NCBI GenBank assembly: GCA_963700145.1
Contig: OY969474.1
Span: forward strand, 2,624,001-2,688,000
DNA: 64,000 nt
DNA from: an uncultured Acidobacteriota bacterium
GTDB taxonomy: Bacteria > Acidobacteriota > Thermoanaerobaculia > Multivoradales > UBA5704
Direction: 5' to 3'
Shown: piece after piece, positions 53,789-62,498 of the stretch
How positions within the stretch are numbered: position 1 is the first letter of the stretch
Layout: every line of letters starts with the position of its first letter
Notes under the pieces: generated by a model
Seen by the model: only the letters and a program-made list of their open reading frames with translations
Database searches by the model: none
Told to the model about the DNA's origin: nothing
Position numbers and translations under genes: made by a program

Positions 53789-54483
53789 GCGCCACGCGTC
53801 TCGCTCTGATCGGCTACGGCAAGATGGGCAAGCTCGTCGAGCAGCTCGCGCCGCAGCACGGCTGCGAGGTCGTGGCCCGCGTCGCCGGCTCCGACGGCGG
53901 CGCCGCGGCGATCGCTGCCGAGCGCCTCGCCGGCGCCGAGGTGGCGATCGACTTCTCGGTCGCCTCGGCGGTGGCGGAGAACGCCGAGCGGCTGGCGGCG
54001 CTCGGCCTCGACTTGGCCATCGGCACGACTGGCTGGGGGGAGGTGCTGCCGCGGGTGCGGGCGGCGGTCGAGCGGCACGGCGTGGGGCTCGTCCACGGCG
54101 CCAACTTCTCGGTCGGCGTGCAGGTCTTCTACGGCATCGTCGAGGCGGCGGGGAAGCTCCTCGCCGACGAGGCGGCCTACGGCGCCTGGGCCTACGAGAT
54201 CCACCACGCGGCCAAGCGCGACGCGCCGTCCGGCACTCTCAAGGAGCTGCTGCGGGTGCTCGAGCGCGCCGGTTACGAGCGGCCGGTGGACGCGGCCTCG
54301 AACCGCGCCGGCGCGGTGCCCGGCACGCACCTCCTGGGCTTCGATTCCGAGGCTGATACCATCACCCTCCAGCACACCGCCCGCAGCCGCGCGGGCTTCG
54401 CCCACGGCGCCCTGCGCGCCGCCCGCTGGGTGGTTGGGAAGAAGGGCGTCTTCGAGTTCCGAGAGATTTGGCGCGAGGTGTGA
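53785..54483 (+). CDS. dapB: 4-hydroxy-tetrahydrodipicolinate reductase
   Basis: IGYGKMG, IDFS, GTTGW, ANFSVG, EIHHAAKRDAPSGT, GFAHGA. Confidence 0.95.
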   Translation: MSATRLALIGYGKMGKLVEQLAPQHGCEVVARVAGSDGGAAAIAAERLAGAEVAIDFSVASAVAENAERLAALGLDLAIGTTGWGEVLPRVRAAVERHGVGLVHGANFSVGVQVFYGIVEAAGKLLADEAAYGAWAYEIHHAAKRDAPSGTLKELLRVLERAGYERPVDAASNRAGAVPGTHLLGFDSEADTITLQHTARSRAGFAHGALRAARWVVGKKGVFEFREIWREV

Positions 54484-54487
54484 ACCG

Positions 54488-54524
54488 TTCCCCCGCCCAG
54501 ATCCTTCGCTGCGCTCAGGATGAC
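54488..54524 (-). repeat. Single copy of second REP family
   Basis: CCCAGATCCTTCGCTGCGCTCAGGATGAC, reverse complement of the 52284 unit. Confidence 0.8.
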
Positions 54525-54544
54525 GTGATCGGAGGAGGATCCCC

Positions 54545-55507
54545 ATGAAGTTCAAGGGCTGCGGCACGGCGTTGGTCACCCCCTTCCGCCGCGATCTCTC
54601 GCTCGACGAGGACACCCTCCGCCGGCTGGTGCGGCGGCAGATCGAGGGGGGCATCCACTTCCTCGTCCCCTGCGGCACGACCGGCGAGAACCCGACGCTC
54701 AGCCGCGGCGAGCACCTGCGGGTGGTCGAGATCACGCTGGAGGAGGCGAGCGGCAAGGTGCCGGTGCTCGCCGGCTCGGGCGGCAACGACACGCGCGAGG
54801 TGGTCGGGCTGGCGAAGGAGCTGGCGGCGCTCGGCGCCGACGGCCTGCTGGTGGTGACGCCGTACTACAACAAGCCGACCCCCGAAGGCCTCTTCCAGCA
54901 CTACGCGGCCATCGCCGCCGCCACGCCGCTGCCGATCGTGGTCTACAACGTCCCCGGGCGCACAGGCCTCAACGTCGATCCCGCGACGCTGCGGCGGCTG
55001 GCGGAGATCGACCGCGTGGTGGCGGTCAAGGAGGCGTCGGGCAACATCTCGCAGATGGCGGCGATCTGCCAGACGCTGCCCGAGGACTTCGCGGTGCTCT
55101 CCGGCGACGACTCGGTGACCCTGCCGCTCATCGCGCTCGGCGGCGTCGGCCTCATCTCGGTCGCCTCGAACGAGGCGCCCTACGCCATGGCGCGGCTCTG
55201 CAGCCTCGCCCTCGACGGCGACTTCGCCGCGGCGCGCGAGGTCCACCGCCGCCTCTTCGAGCTGATGGAGGTCAACTTCGTCGAGGCGAACCCCGGGCCG
55301 GTCAAAGCCGCGCTCGGGCTCATGGGCCTCCTCGAGCCGGTCTTCCGCCTGCCGCTCGTGCCGCCCAAGCCGGCGAGCCTCGAGAAGGTCCGCGCGGCGC
55401 TGGTCGGGCTCGGGCTGCTGCCGGGCGAGGGCGACGAGGCCGGTACCGGTACGGTGGGCGCCGGGATCGCCGTGCCCGAGCCCGCCGCCGCGGCCGCCGC
55501 GACGTGA
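54545..55507 (+). CDS. dapA: 4-hydroxy-tetrahydrodipicolinate synthase
   Basis: ALVTPF, GTTGE, PYYNKP, YNVPGRT, KEASG, SGDD. Confidence 0.96.
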   Translation: MKFKGCGTALVTPFRRDLSLDEDTLRRLVRRQIEGGIHFLVPCGTTGENPTLSRGEHLRVVEITLEEASGKVPVLAGSGGNDTREVVGLAKELAALGADGLLVVTPYYNKPTPEGLFQHYAAIAAATPLPIVVYNVPGRTGLNVDPATLRRLAEIDRVVAVKEASGNISQMAAICQTLPEDFAVLSGDDSVTLPLIALGGVGLISVASNEAPYAMARLCSLALDGDFAAAREVHRRLFELMEVNFVEANPGPVKAALGLMGLLEPVFRLPLVPPKPASLEKVRAALVGLGLLPGEGDEAGTGTVGAGIAVPEPAAAAAAT

Positions 55508-56370
55508 GCGCGGAAACGCTCGCCGAGCTGGCGGACGCCATCGACCGCCTCTTCGCCGAGCCCCCGACCTACACCGCCGAGGACCGCGCCCTCTTCGCCC
55601 GCTTCAAGGAGGCGCTCAACCGCGGCGAAGCGCGCGCCGCCGAGCCCGACCCCGCCTCCCCCACCGGCTGGCGCGCCAACCCCTGGGTCAAGCGCGGCAT
55701 CCTGCTCGGCTTCCGCATGGGGTCGATCGTCGACATGACGGTCGGCCCCCCCGGCGGGCCGCACCTCCCCTTCTTCGACAAGGACACCTACCCGCCGCGC
55801 GAGCTGGCGCCCGGCGACGGCGTGCGGCTGGTGCCCGGCGGCTCGGCGATCCGCGACGGCTGCTACCTCGGGCGCGGCGTGACCTGCATGCCGCCGATGT
55901 ACGTCAACGTCGGCGCCTGGGTGGACGACGGCACGCTGATCGACTCGCACGCCCTGGTCGGAAGCTGCGCGCAGGTCGGCAAGCGCGTGCACCTCTCGGC
56001 CGCCGCGCAGCTCGGCGGCGTGATCGAGCCGGTCGGCGCGCTGCCGGTGATCGTCGAGGACGACGTCCTGGTGGGCGGCAACTGCGGCGTCTACGAGGGG
56101 ACGGTGGTCAAGCGCCGCGCGGTCCTGGCGGCCGGGGTGGTGCTCACCCGCTCGACCCCGGTCTACGACCTGGTGCGCGAGACGATCCACCGCGCGAGCG
56201 AGAGCGACCCGCTGGTGATCCCGGAGGAAGCGGTCGTCGTCCCCGGCGCCCGCGCCGTCACCCGCGGCGCCGGCAAGGAGTGGGGGCTGTCGCTGGCGAC
56301 GCCGGTGATCGTCAAGTACCGCGACGCGGCGACGGACGAGCGGGTACGGCTGGAGGACTGGCTCAGGTAG
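55504..56370 (+). CDS. dapD: Tetrahydrodipicolinate N-succinyltransferase
   Basis: WVKRGILLGF, FFDK, YVNVGAWVD, VGSCAQVG, GGVIEP hexapeptide repeats. Confidence 0.93.
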   Translation: MSAETLAELADAIDRLFAEPPTYTAEDRALFARFKEALNRGEARAAEPDPASPTGWRANPWVKRGILLGFRMGSIVDMTVGPPGGPHLPFFDKDTYPPRELAPGDGVRLVPGGSAIRDGCYLGRGVTCMPPMYVNVGAWVDDGTLIDSHALVGSCAQVGKRVHLSAAAQLGGVIEPVGALPVIVEDDVLVGGNCGVYEGTVVKRRAVLAAGVVLTRSTPVYDLVRETIHRASESDPLVIPEEAVVVPGARAVTRGAGKEWGLSLATPVIVKYRDAATDERVRLEDWLR

Positions 56371-57226
56371 CGGCGGCGGCGGCTTCCAGCTCGTGCAGCA
56401 GGAGCGCCTGCGCGAAGGCGGGCGGGGAGCCGATGAGGGCGCGGAGGAGGGTCTTGGCCTTGCTTTCGATCGCCGCGGCGAGGTCGCTTTCGGGCGGGAA
56501 GGGGAAGGTGAGGAAGCCGACGCCTTCGCCGGCGGCGTCGACCTTGACCGGGAAAAGATTCGGGTGGAGAGCGGCGAGGCGCCAGAACGCCGACGGCGAG
56601 GGCTCGCCGTCGGCGACGATGACGGCCAGCGGGCGGCGGGCGGCGATCGCGGCTAGCCGGGCAAGAGGCGCACCGTCTTCGCCACCCAGAACCACGAGCG
56701 CCGGCTTGCCGTCCGCTTCCCCACCCAGCTCTTCCAGCCCCACCCGCCGGGCGCCGGTGCGCAGCGTGAACGTCGCTGCGTAGTCCTCGGGCGCGTCCGC
56801 CGGCAGCGCCACGCACGTCCCCTCGCCCGCGAACAGCTCCGCCGCGATCGCCAGGGCCTGCACACGCCCGGCGGTCACCAGCGGCAGCGTGGAGAGGAGT
56901 TCCTCCGCCACGCCGCGCCGCTGCCGCTCCCGCCACCGCCGGCGCAGCTCGAGGAAGCCCTCGACTGGCGAGTAGAGGAAGGCGCGGCTCCGCTCGGCGT
57001 CGCTCAGGTCCGTAATCGCCGCCGCCATCGCCGGCAGCGGCACGGCGCGGCCGTGGCCGTCGGTGATCTGCCCGATCGTGGCGTTGAACGGCTTGCCGCG
57101 CGCCTCGGCGCTCTGCTGCGGCAGGAAGTTGGCGGGCTGGCGCAGGCGGCGGCCGAGCGGCGAGAGGCACTCCCAGAGCGCCGGGCAGCCGCGGCGGATC
57201 GCTTCGTCGGCGGGGGAGAGGTCCAT
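56363..57226 (-). CDS. Shortened class I/II aminotransferase-like protein lacking an obvious PLP-lysine motif
   Basis: LSPLGRR, FNATIGQITD, YSPVEG..ELRRRW; KVDAAGEGVGFLTF where homologues have a longer K-containing ...RVGF segment; only 287 aa. Confidence 0.65.
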   Translation of the reverse strand: MDLSPADEAIRRGCPALWECLSPLGRRLRQPANFLPQQSAEARGKPFNATIGQITDGHGRAVPLPAMAAAITDLSDAERSRAFLYSPVEGFLELRRRWRERQRRGVAEELLSTLPLVTAGRVQALAIAAELFAGEGTCVALPADAPEDYAATFTLRTGARRVGLEELGGEADGKPALVVLGGEDGAPLARLAAIAARRPLAVIVADGEPSPSAFWRLAALHPNLFPVKVDAAGEGVGFLTFPFPPESDLAAAIESKAKTLLRALIGSPPAFAQALLLHELEAAAAAT

Positions 57227-57317
57227 GGCGCGGCCGATCCTATCCGGCAGGCCGCCTGTACAATGCCCGTCCCGCTTGCGCGCCCGCCGCGCACCCGTCC
57301 TGCCGGAGGAGATCCCC

Positions 57318-59261
57318 ATGGCCGCCCACGTCGAAACGCTGCCGTTCCAGGCCGAGACCCGGCAGCTGCTGGACCTGATGATCCACTCGCTGTACTCGCA
57401 CAAGGAGATCTTCCTGCGCGAGCTGATCTCGAACGCCTCCGACGCCCTCGACCGCCTGCGCTTCGAGGCGCTCACCCGCCCGGAGCTCCTGGCCGGCGAC
57501 GAGACGCTGGAAATCCGCCTCGAGGCCGACCCCGCCGCCCGCACCCTCACCGTCCGCGACAACGGCATCGGCATGAGCCGCGAGGAGGTGATCGCCAACA
57601 TCGGCACGATCGCCAAGTCGGGGACGCGCGAGCTGGTGGACCGGCTGCGGGAGGGCGAGCCGAAGGAGCTGGTCGCCGAGCTGATCGGGCAGTTCGGGGT
57701 GGGCTTTTACTCCTCGTTCATGGCCGCCGAGCGGGTGGTGCTGGAGACGCGGCGCGCCGGCGAGGACACGGCGACGCGCTGGGAATCGACCGGCGACGGC
57801 ACCTACACCGTCGCGGACGCCGAAAAGCCGGGGCGCGGCACGACGATCACCCTGCACCTGAAGCCCGCCGACCCCGAGAACGGCCTCGAGGACTACGCCG
57901 ACCGCTGGGTGCTGTCGCGCATCGTCCGGCGCTACTCGGACTTCGTCGCCTACCCGATCGTGCTGCGCGCCGAGAAGGACCCCGAGATCGAGGACCTGGC
58001 GGCGGAGCGGGAGGGCAAGCCGCGGCCGCGCGAGATCGAGGAGAAGGTCCTCAACTCGATGAAGCCGATCTGGACGCGGCCGCAGGCCGAGGTCGAGCCC
58101 GAGGAGTACCGCGAGTTCTACCGCCACATCAGCCACGACTGGAACGAGCCGCTCAAGCACCTCTCGCTGCGGGCCGAGGGGCGGGTCGAGTACCAGGCGC
58201 TCCTCTTCATCCCCAAGCAGGCGCCCCACGACCTCTACTACGTCGGCGCCAAGGCCGGCCTCCAGCTCTACGTGCGGCGGGTGCAGATCATGGAGCGCTG
58301 CGAGGACCTGCTGCCCCACTACCTGCGCTTCGTGCACGGCATCGTCGACTCGCCCGACCTGCCGCTCAACGTCTCGCGCGAGATGCTGCAGCAGGACCGC
58401 CACATCGCCCAGATGCGGAAGTGGCTGACGAAGAAGGTCCTCGAGGCCCTCGACGAGACGCGGCGCGACCAGCCCGAGGAGTACCTCGCCTTCTGGGGCG
58501 AGTTCGGGCGCGCCATCAAGGAGGGCGCGAGCAGCGACCACGAGAACAAGGAGCGGCTCCTGGAGCTGCTCCTCTTCCACTCCTCGCACGACGCCGAGAA
58601 GCTGACCTCACTCGCCGACTACGTCGGGCGCATGCAGCCGGAGCAGAAGGAGGTCTTCTACCTGACTGGCGAGTCGCTGGCGCAGGTCGGGACCTCGCCG
58701 CACCTCGAGGCCTTCCGCGCCAAGGGGATCGAGGTGCTCTACCTGATCGACCCGGTGGACGAGCTGCTGGTGCAGACGCTGCCCGAGCTCCAGGGCAAGA
58801 AGCTCAAGTCGATCGGCAAGGGGACGGTGGCGCTGGGCAGCGAGGAGGAACGCAAGGAGGCCGAGGCGTCGCTCAAGGAGCGGGAGGAGGCGCTCAAGCC
58901 GCTCCTCGACGCCCTCCAGCAGCGGCTCGACGAGCACGTCAAGCAGGTGCGGCTCACCAACCGGCTGACCAGCTCGCCGGTCTGCCTGGTCGGCGCCGAG
59001 CACGACTACAGCCCGCAGCTCGAGCGGCTACTGCAGAAGGGGAAGGGGGGCGGCCCGAAGCAGCGGCGGATCCTCGAGCTCAACCCGCAGCACGAGGTGC
59101 TGGCGCGCCTCGAGGAGCGGTTCGCGCGGGACGCCACCGACCCGTTGCTCGACGACTACGCCGACCTGCTGCTGGGCTACGGCCTGATCGCCGAAGGCTC
59201 GGAGCTGCCCGACCCGGCGCGCTTCAACGGCGCGGTGGCGAGGTTGATGGTGCGGGCGTAG
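57318..59261 (+). CDS. htpG: Molecular chaperone HtpG (Hsp90)
   Basis: FQAETRQLLDLMIHSLYSHKEIFLRELISNASDA, DNGIGM, IGQFGVGFYS, LNVSRE, LELNPQH. Confidence 0.97.
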   Translation: MAAHVETLPFQAETRQLLDLMIHSLYSHKEIFLRELISNASDALDRLRFEALTRPELLAGDETLEIRLEADPAARTLTVRDNGIGMSREEVIANIGTIAKSGTRELVDRLREGEPKELVAELIGQFGVGFYSSFMAAERVVLETRRAGEDTATRWESTGDGTYTVADAEKPGRGTTITLHLKPADPENGLEDYADRWVLSRIVRRYSDFVAYPIVLRAEKDPEIEDLAAEREGKPRPREIEEKVLNSMKPIWTRPQAEVEPEEYREFYRHISHDWNEPLKHLSLRAEGRVEYQALLFIPKQAPHDLYYVGAKAGLQLYVRRVQIMERCEDLLPHYLRFVHGIVDSPDLPLNVSREMLQQDRHIAQMRKWLTKKVLEALDETRRDQPEEYLAFWGEFGRAIKEGASSDHENKERLLELLLFHSSHDAEKLTSLADYVGRMQPEQKEVFYLTGESLAQVGTSPHLEAFRAKGIEVLYLIDPVDELLVQTLPELQGKKLKSIGKGTVALGSEEERKEAEASLKEREEALKPLLDALQQRLDEHVKQVRLTNRLTSSPVCLVGAEHDYSPQLERLLQKGKGGGPKQRRILELNPQHEVLARLEERFARDATDPLLDDYADLLLGYGLIAEGSELPDPARFNGAVARLMVRA

Positions 59262-59266
59262 CGGAC

Positions 59267-59296
59267 AAACGCCCGGGACGTGGCCCGGGCGCTACG
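59267..59296. repeat. Single GTAG-family REP
   Basis: AAACGCCCGGGACGTGGCCCGGGCGCTACG, identical to 2911-2940; its GTAG end supplies the uppS stop. Confidence 0.85.
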
Positions 59297-60050
59297 GCAT
59301 CCAGAACGGCAGGACATTGCCCCGCCCGCCGGCTGTCGCGCCGGCAATGGCGGGCGCCGCCGCCGCTCCCACCCGCCCGAAGCGGCGCTCGCGACGGCGG
59401 AACTCCTCGACCCCCGCCGCGAGATCGGCGCCGTCGAAGTCCGGCCACATCCGGTCGGTGAAGACCAGCTCGGCGTAGGCGCACTCCCAGAGCAGGAAGT
59501 CCGAGAGCCGCTTCTCGCCGCCGGTGCGGATGAGGACATCCACGTCCGGCACCGGCTCGCCGCCGTGCGCCTGGGCGAGGAGGCGCGAGAAGGCCTCGCG
59601 CGAGACGTCGCCCGAGCCGGGGAGGCGGCGGGCGGCGTGGAGGATGGCGTCGCGCGCCGAGTAATCCACGGCGATGCGCAGCAGGAAGCGCGTGCCGCCG
59701 GCGGTCTGCGCCTCGGCGCGCTCGATGGCGCGCCGCAGGCGCGCGTCCAGCCGATCGCGGCGGCCGATGACCGTGATCCGCACCCCCTCCTCGGCGCAGC
59801 GCCCCGCCTCCTCGGAGAGGTAGTGGCGGAAGAGGCGCATGAGGTGCGTGACCTCGCCCGCCGGGCGCTGCCAGTTGTCGGAGGAGAAGGCGAAGAGGGT
59901 GAGGGTGCCGATGCCGAGGTCGGCGGCCGACTCGACGGTCCGCCGCACCGCATCGGCGCCGGCGCGGTGCCCCTCGGCGCGGGTCTTGCCGCGCGCCGTG
60001 GCCCAGCGGCCGTTGCCGTCCATGATGATGGCGACGTGGAGCGCGCTCAT
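59292..60050 (-). CDS. uppS: Undecaprenyl diphosphate synthase (cis-prenyltransferase)
   Basis: [52 protein letters not shown]. Confidence 0.93.
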   Translation of the reverse strand: MSALHVAIIMDGNGRWATARGKTRAEGHRAGADAVRRTVESAADLGIGTLTLFAFSSDNWQRPAGEVTHLMRLFRHYLSEEAGRCAEEGVRITVIGRRDRLDARLRRAIERAEAQTAGGTRFLLRIAVDYSARDAILHAARRLPGSGDVSREAFSRLLAQAHGGEPVPDVDVLIRTGGEKRLSDFLLWECAYAELVFTDRMWPDFDGADLAAGVEEFRRRERRFGRVGAAAAPAIAGATAGGRGNVLPFWMP

Positions 60051-60064
60051 CGTCCTCCCACCCC

Positions 60065-60460
60065 CTAGCTCAGCCGCGTGGCGTGGATGATCGCTTCCAT
60101 GTGATCGAGGTAGCGCTCGAGCGCCTTCCGGCCCGACGCCGCCAGCCGGTACTCGGTCTTCGGCACCCGCCCCTCGAAGCGCTTGTCGCAGACGACGTAG
60201 CCCGCCTCCTCCAGCTTGCGGGCGTGGACGCTCAAGTTCCCGTCGGTCGTCTTGAGCAGGCGCTTCAAGTCGTTGAAGCTCAGCCGGTCGTTGACGGCCA
60301 AGGCGCTGACGATGCCCAACCGGATGCGCTCGTGGATCAGCCGGTCGAGGCCCATCGCCTCGCGCTCGCCGCCGTGGCGCGGGCCCTCCGGACCCTTCCC
60401 TTCCGACGGCCCGGGCCGGTGCGCGTGGTCGGCGGCGGCGAGCGGCTTGCGCCTAGCCAC
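60065..60460 (-). CDS. Winged-helix transcriptional regulator (ArsR/MarR-like)
   Basis: [42 protein letters not shown]. Confidence 0.88.
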   Translation of the reverse strand: MARRKPLAAADHAHRPGPSEGKGPEGPRHGGEREAMGLDRLIHERIRLGIVSALAVNDRLSFNDLKRLLKTTDGNLSVHARKLEEAGYVVCDKRFEGRVPKTEYRLAASGRKALERYLDHMEAIIHATRLS

Positions 60461-61067
60461 CGTGCCGCCGCGCGATGATCGCGCCGAAGAGGAGGTGGAG
60501 GCCGCCGAAGCCGGCGGCGAGGAGCGCGTCCCCCCAGGAGTGAGGCGCGAAGAGGGCGAGGGCGCCCAGGGCCATGAACGCCAGCCCCATGACCGGCACG
60601 ATGCGCACCGAGAAGGCACCGCCGGTGGCGATGCCGGCGCCGTAGAGGAGGAGCCAGACGCCGGGCAGGAACCCGACCCGGCCGGCGTCGAAGAGCGCGG
60701 CGGTCAGGAGCGCGCCGGCGAGGAGCGGCGGGAAGAGGCTCAGCAGGAAGCGCCGGCCGGGGACCGAGAAGAAGCTCCCCTCCAGCCGCTGCGCCTTCCA
60801 GAGCGACGCCCCGACGGTGAGGATGAAGGCCAGCGCCGCCTCGCCGAGCCAGGTGGCGAGCCAGGTCTCCGGCGTCGTCTGCCGCGCGGCGAGCCAGGCG
60901 GCGCCGATCGCCGTCGCGCCGACCGCCATCTCCCCCGCCCCGGAGACGGCGGTGAAGCAGGCCGCCCCCTCCATCGTCTCGCGGATGTAGCGCAGGTTGT
61001 CCATCGCCCGCGCGTGCAGCTCGCGCGGCGGCTGGAAGCGGAGGGGCGGCGTCGGGGTGGAGCTCAC
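60453..61067 (-). CDS. Multi-TM membrane protein
   Basis: AMDNLRYIRETME followed by six hydrophobic helices; overlaps the regulator. Confidence 0.8.
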   Translation of the reverse strand: MSSTPTPPLRFQPPRELHARAMDNLRYIRETMEGAACFTAVSGAGEMAVGATAIGAAWLAARQTTPETWLATWLGEAALAFILTVGASLWKAQRLEGSFFSVPGRRFLLSLFPPLLAGALLTAALFDAGRVGFLPGVWLLLYGAGIATGGAFSVRIVPVMGLAFMALGALALFAPHSWGDALLAAGFGGLHLLFGAIIARRHGG

Positions 61068-61100
61068 GACAGGAGAGTGTAGGAGGAGAACGGGCCGACG

Positions 61101-61562
61101 TCAAGTACTTTGCAAAGCAAAGCCCTGCGCCTGCCGCGCCGCGTTGCGGACCATCGAGACCATCGCCATCAGGCCCATCGACTTGCCCATCGACAGCTCG
61201 TCGCCGAAGAGGCGGTAGACGACGTCCTGCGGCACCGCGGCGACCTCGGCGAGCGGCGCGCCCGAGAGCCCCTCGTCGAGGATCACCGCCAGCGCCTTGG
61301 CCGAGATCCCCTGCGGGTTCTCGACCGCGAAGTGGAAGTCGAGCCGGCCGTCCGGCCGCCGCTCGGCCCAGACGTAGGCCTGCGACTCGCAGGCCGGCAC
61401 CTTGTTCTCCTCGGCGAAGGGGCGGGCGGCGATCCGCGGCGGCACCTCGCGGAAGCGCTCGGCGATGTCGATCAGGAGCTGGATGCGGTCGGCGCGGTCG
61501 GGCACCAACGCCAGCGTGTCGACGATCTCGCCCAGCTTCTCGGGCAGCGCCGCGGTCGCCAT
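61101..61562 (-). CDS. SufE-family sulfur acceptor
   Basis: KVPACESQAYVW, AKALAVIL..GLSG. Confidence 0.85.
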   Translation of the reverse strand: MATAALPEKLGEIVDTLALVPDRADRIQLLIDIAERFREVPPRIAARPFAEENKVPACESQAYVWAERRPDGRLDFHFAVENPQGISAKALAVILDEGLSGAPLAEVAAVPQDVVYRLFGDELSMGKSMGLMAMVSMVRNAARQAQGFALQST

Positions 61563-61580
61563 CTCCTCAGCTCGCCCCGC

Positions 61581-62447
61581 TCATTTCTCGATCGGCACCC
61601 CGACCAGGTTGCCCCACTCCGTCCAGCTGCCGTCGTAGTTGCGGACCCTGGGGTAGCCGAGGAGGCGGGTGAGCACGAACCAGGTGAGGCTGCTGCGCTC
61701 GCCGATGCGGCAGTAGACGATGACGTCGTCGTCTTTCTTCAGCTTGGCCTCGCCTTCGTAGATCGCGCGCAGCTCGTCGGCGGTCTTGAAGCTGCCGTCG
61801 TCGGGGTTGACGGCGCGCGCCCAGGGGATGTTGGCCGCCCCCGGGATGTGGCCGCCGCGCAGCGCCCCCTCGTTGGGGTACTCCGGCATGTGCAGCCGCT
61901 CGCCGCTGTACTCCTGCGGGCTGCGCACGTCGACGAGCGGCCCCTTCTTCCCCGCCACCTGCCCCAGCACCTGCTCGCGGAAGGCGCGGACCTTCTCGTC
62001 GTCGCGCTCCGGGGCGCTGTAGTCGGTCGCGGGGTAGCTCTTGACGTCGCGGGTGAGCGGCCGCTTCTCCTTGTCCCACTTGATCCGCCCGCCGTCCATG
62101 ATCTTGGCCTTGTCGTGGCCGAAGAGCTGGAAAACCCAGAAGGCGTAGGTGGCCCACCAGTTGTTGCGGTCGCCGTAGAAGATGACGGTGGTGTCGCGGG
62201 TGGCGCCGATCCGCCGCATCAACGCCTCGAAGCCTTCGCGGCCGAGGTAGTCGCGCCGCACCGGGTCGTTGAGGTCGCGCGTCCAGTCCACCTCCACCGC
62301 CCCCGGGATGTGCCCGCTCGAGTAGAGCAGCGGGTCCTCGTTCGATTCGACGATCCGCACCTCCGGGTCGTCGAGGTGCTCAGCCACCCAGTCGGTCGAG
62401 ACCAGCGCCTCCGGGTGGACGTACCCACGATCGGCTATGTCGCTCAC
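61581..62447 (-). CDS. Tandem-rhodanese sulfurtransferase (SseA/CysA-type)
   Basis: LVSTDWV, GHIPGA x2, YCRIGERSS active site, YDGSWTEWG. Confidence 0.93.
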   Translation of the reverse strand: MSDIADRGYVHPEALVSTDWVAEHLDDPEVRIVESNEDPLLYSSGHIPGAVEVDWTRDLNDPVRRDYLGREGFEALMRRIGATRDTTVIFYGDRNNWWATYAFWVFQLFGHDKAKIMDGGRIKWDKEKRPLTRDVKSYPATDYSAPERDDEKVRAFREQVLGQVAGKKGPLVDVRSPQEYSGERLHMPEYPNEGALRGGHIPGAANIPWARAVNPDDGSFKTADELRAIYEGEAKLKKDDDVIVYCRIGERSSLTWFVLTRLLGYPRVRNYDGSWTEWGNLVGVPIEK

Positions 62448-62498
62448 GGTCGCTCTCCTTTCATCTCTCTAGTGCTGCGAGAGCGACAATCTAGTCCT

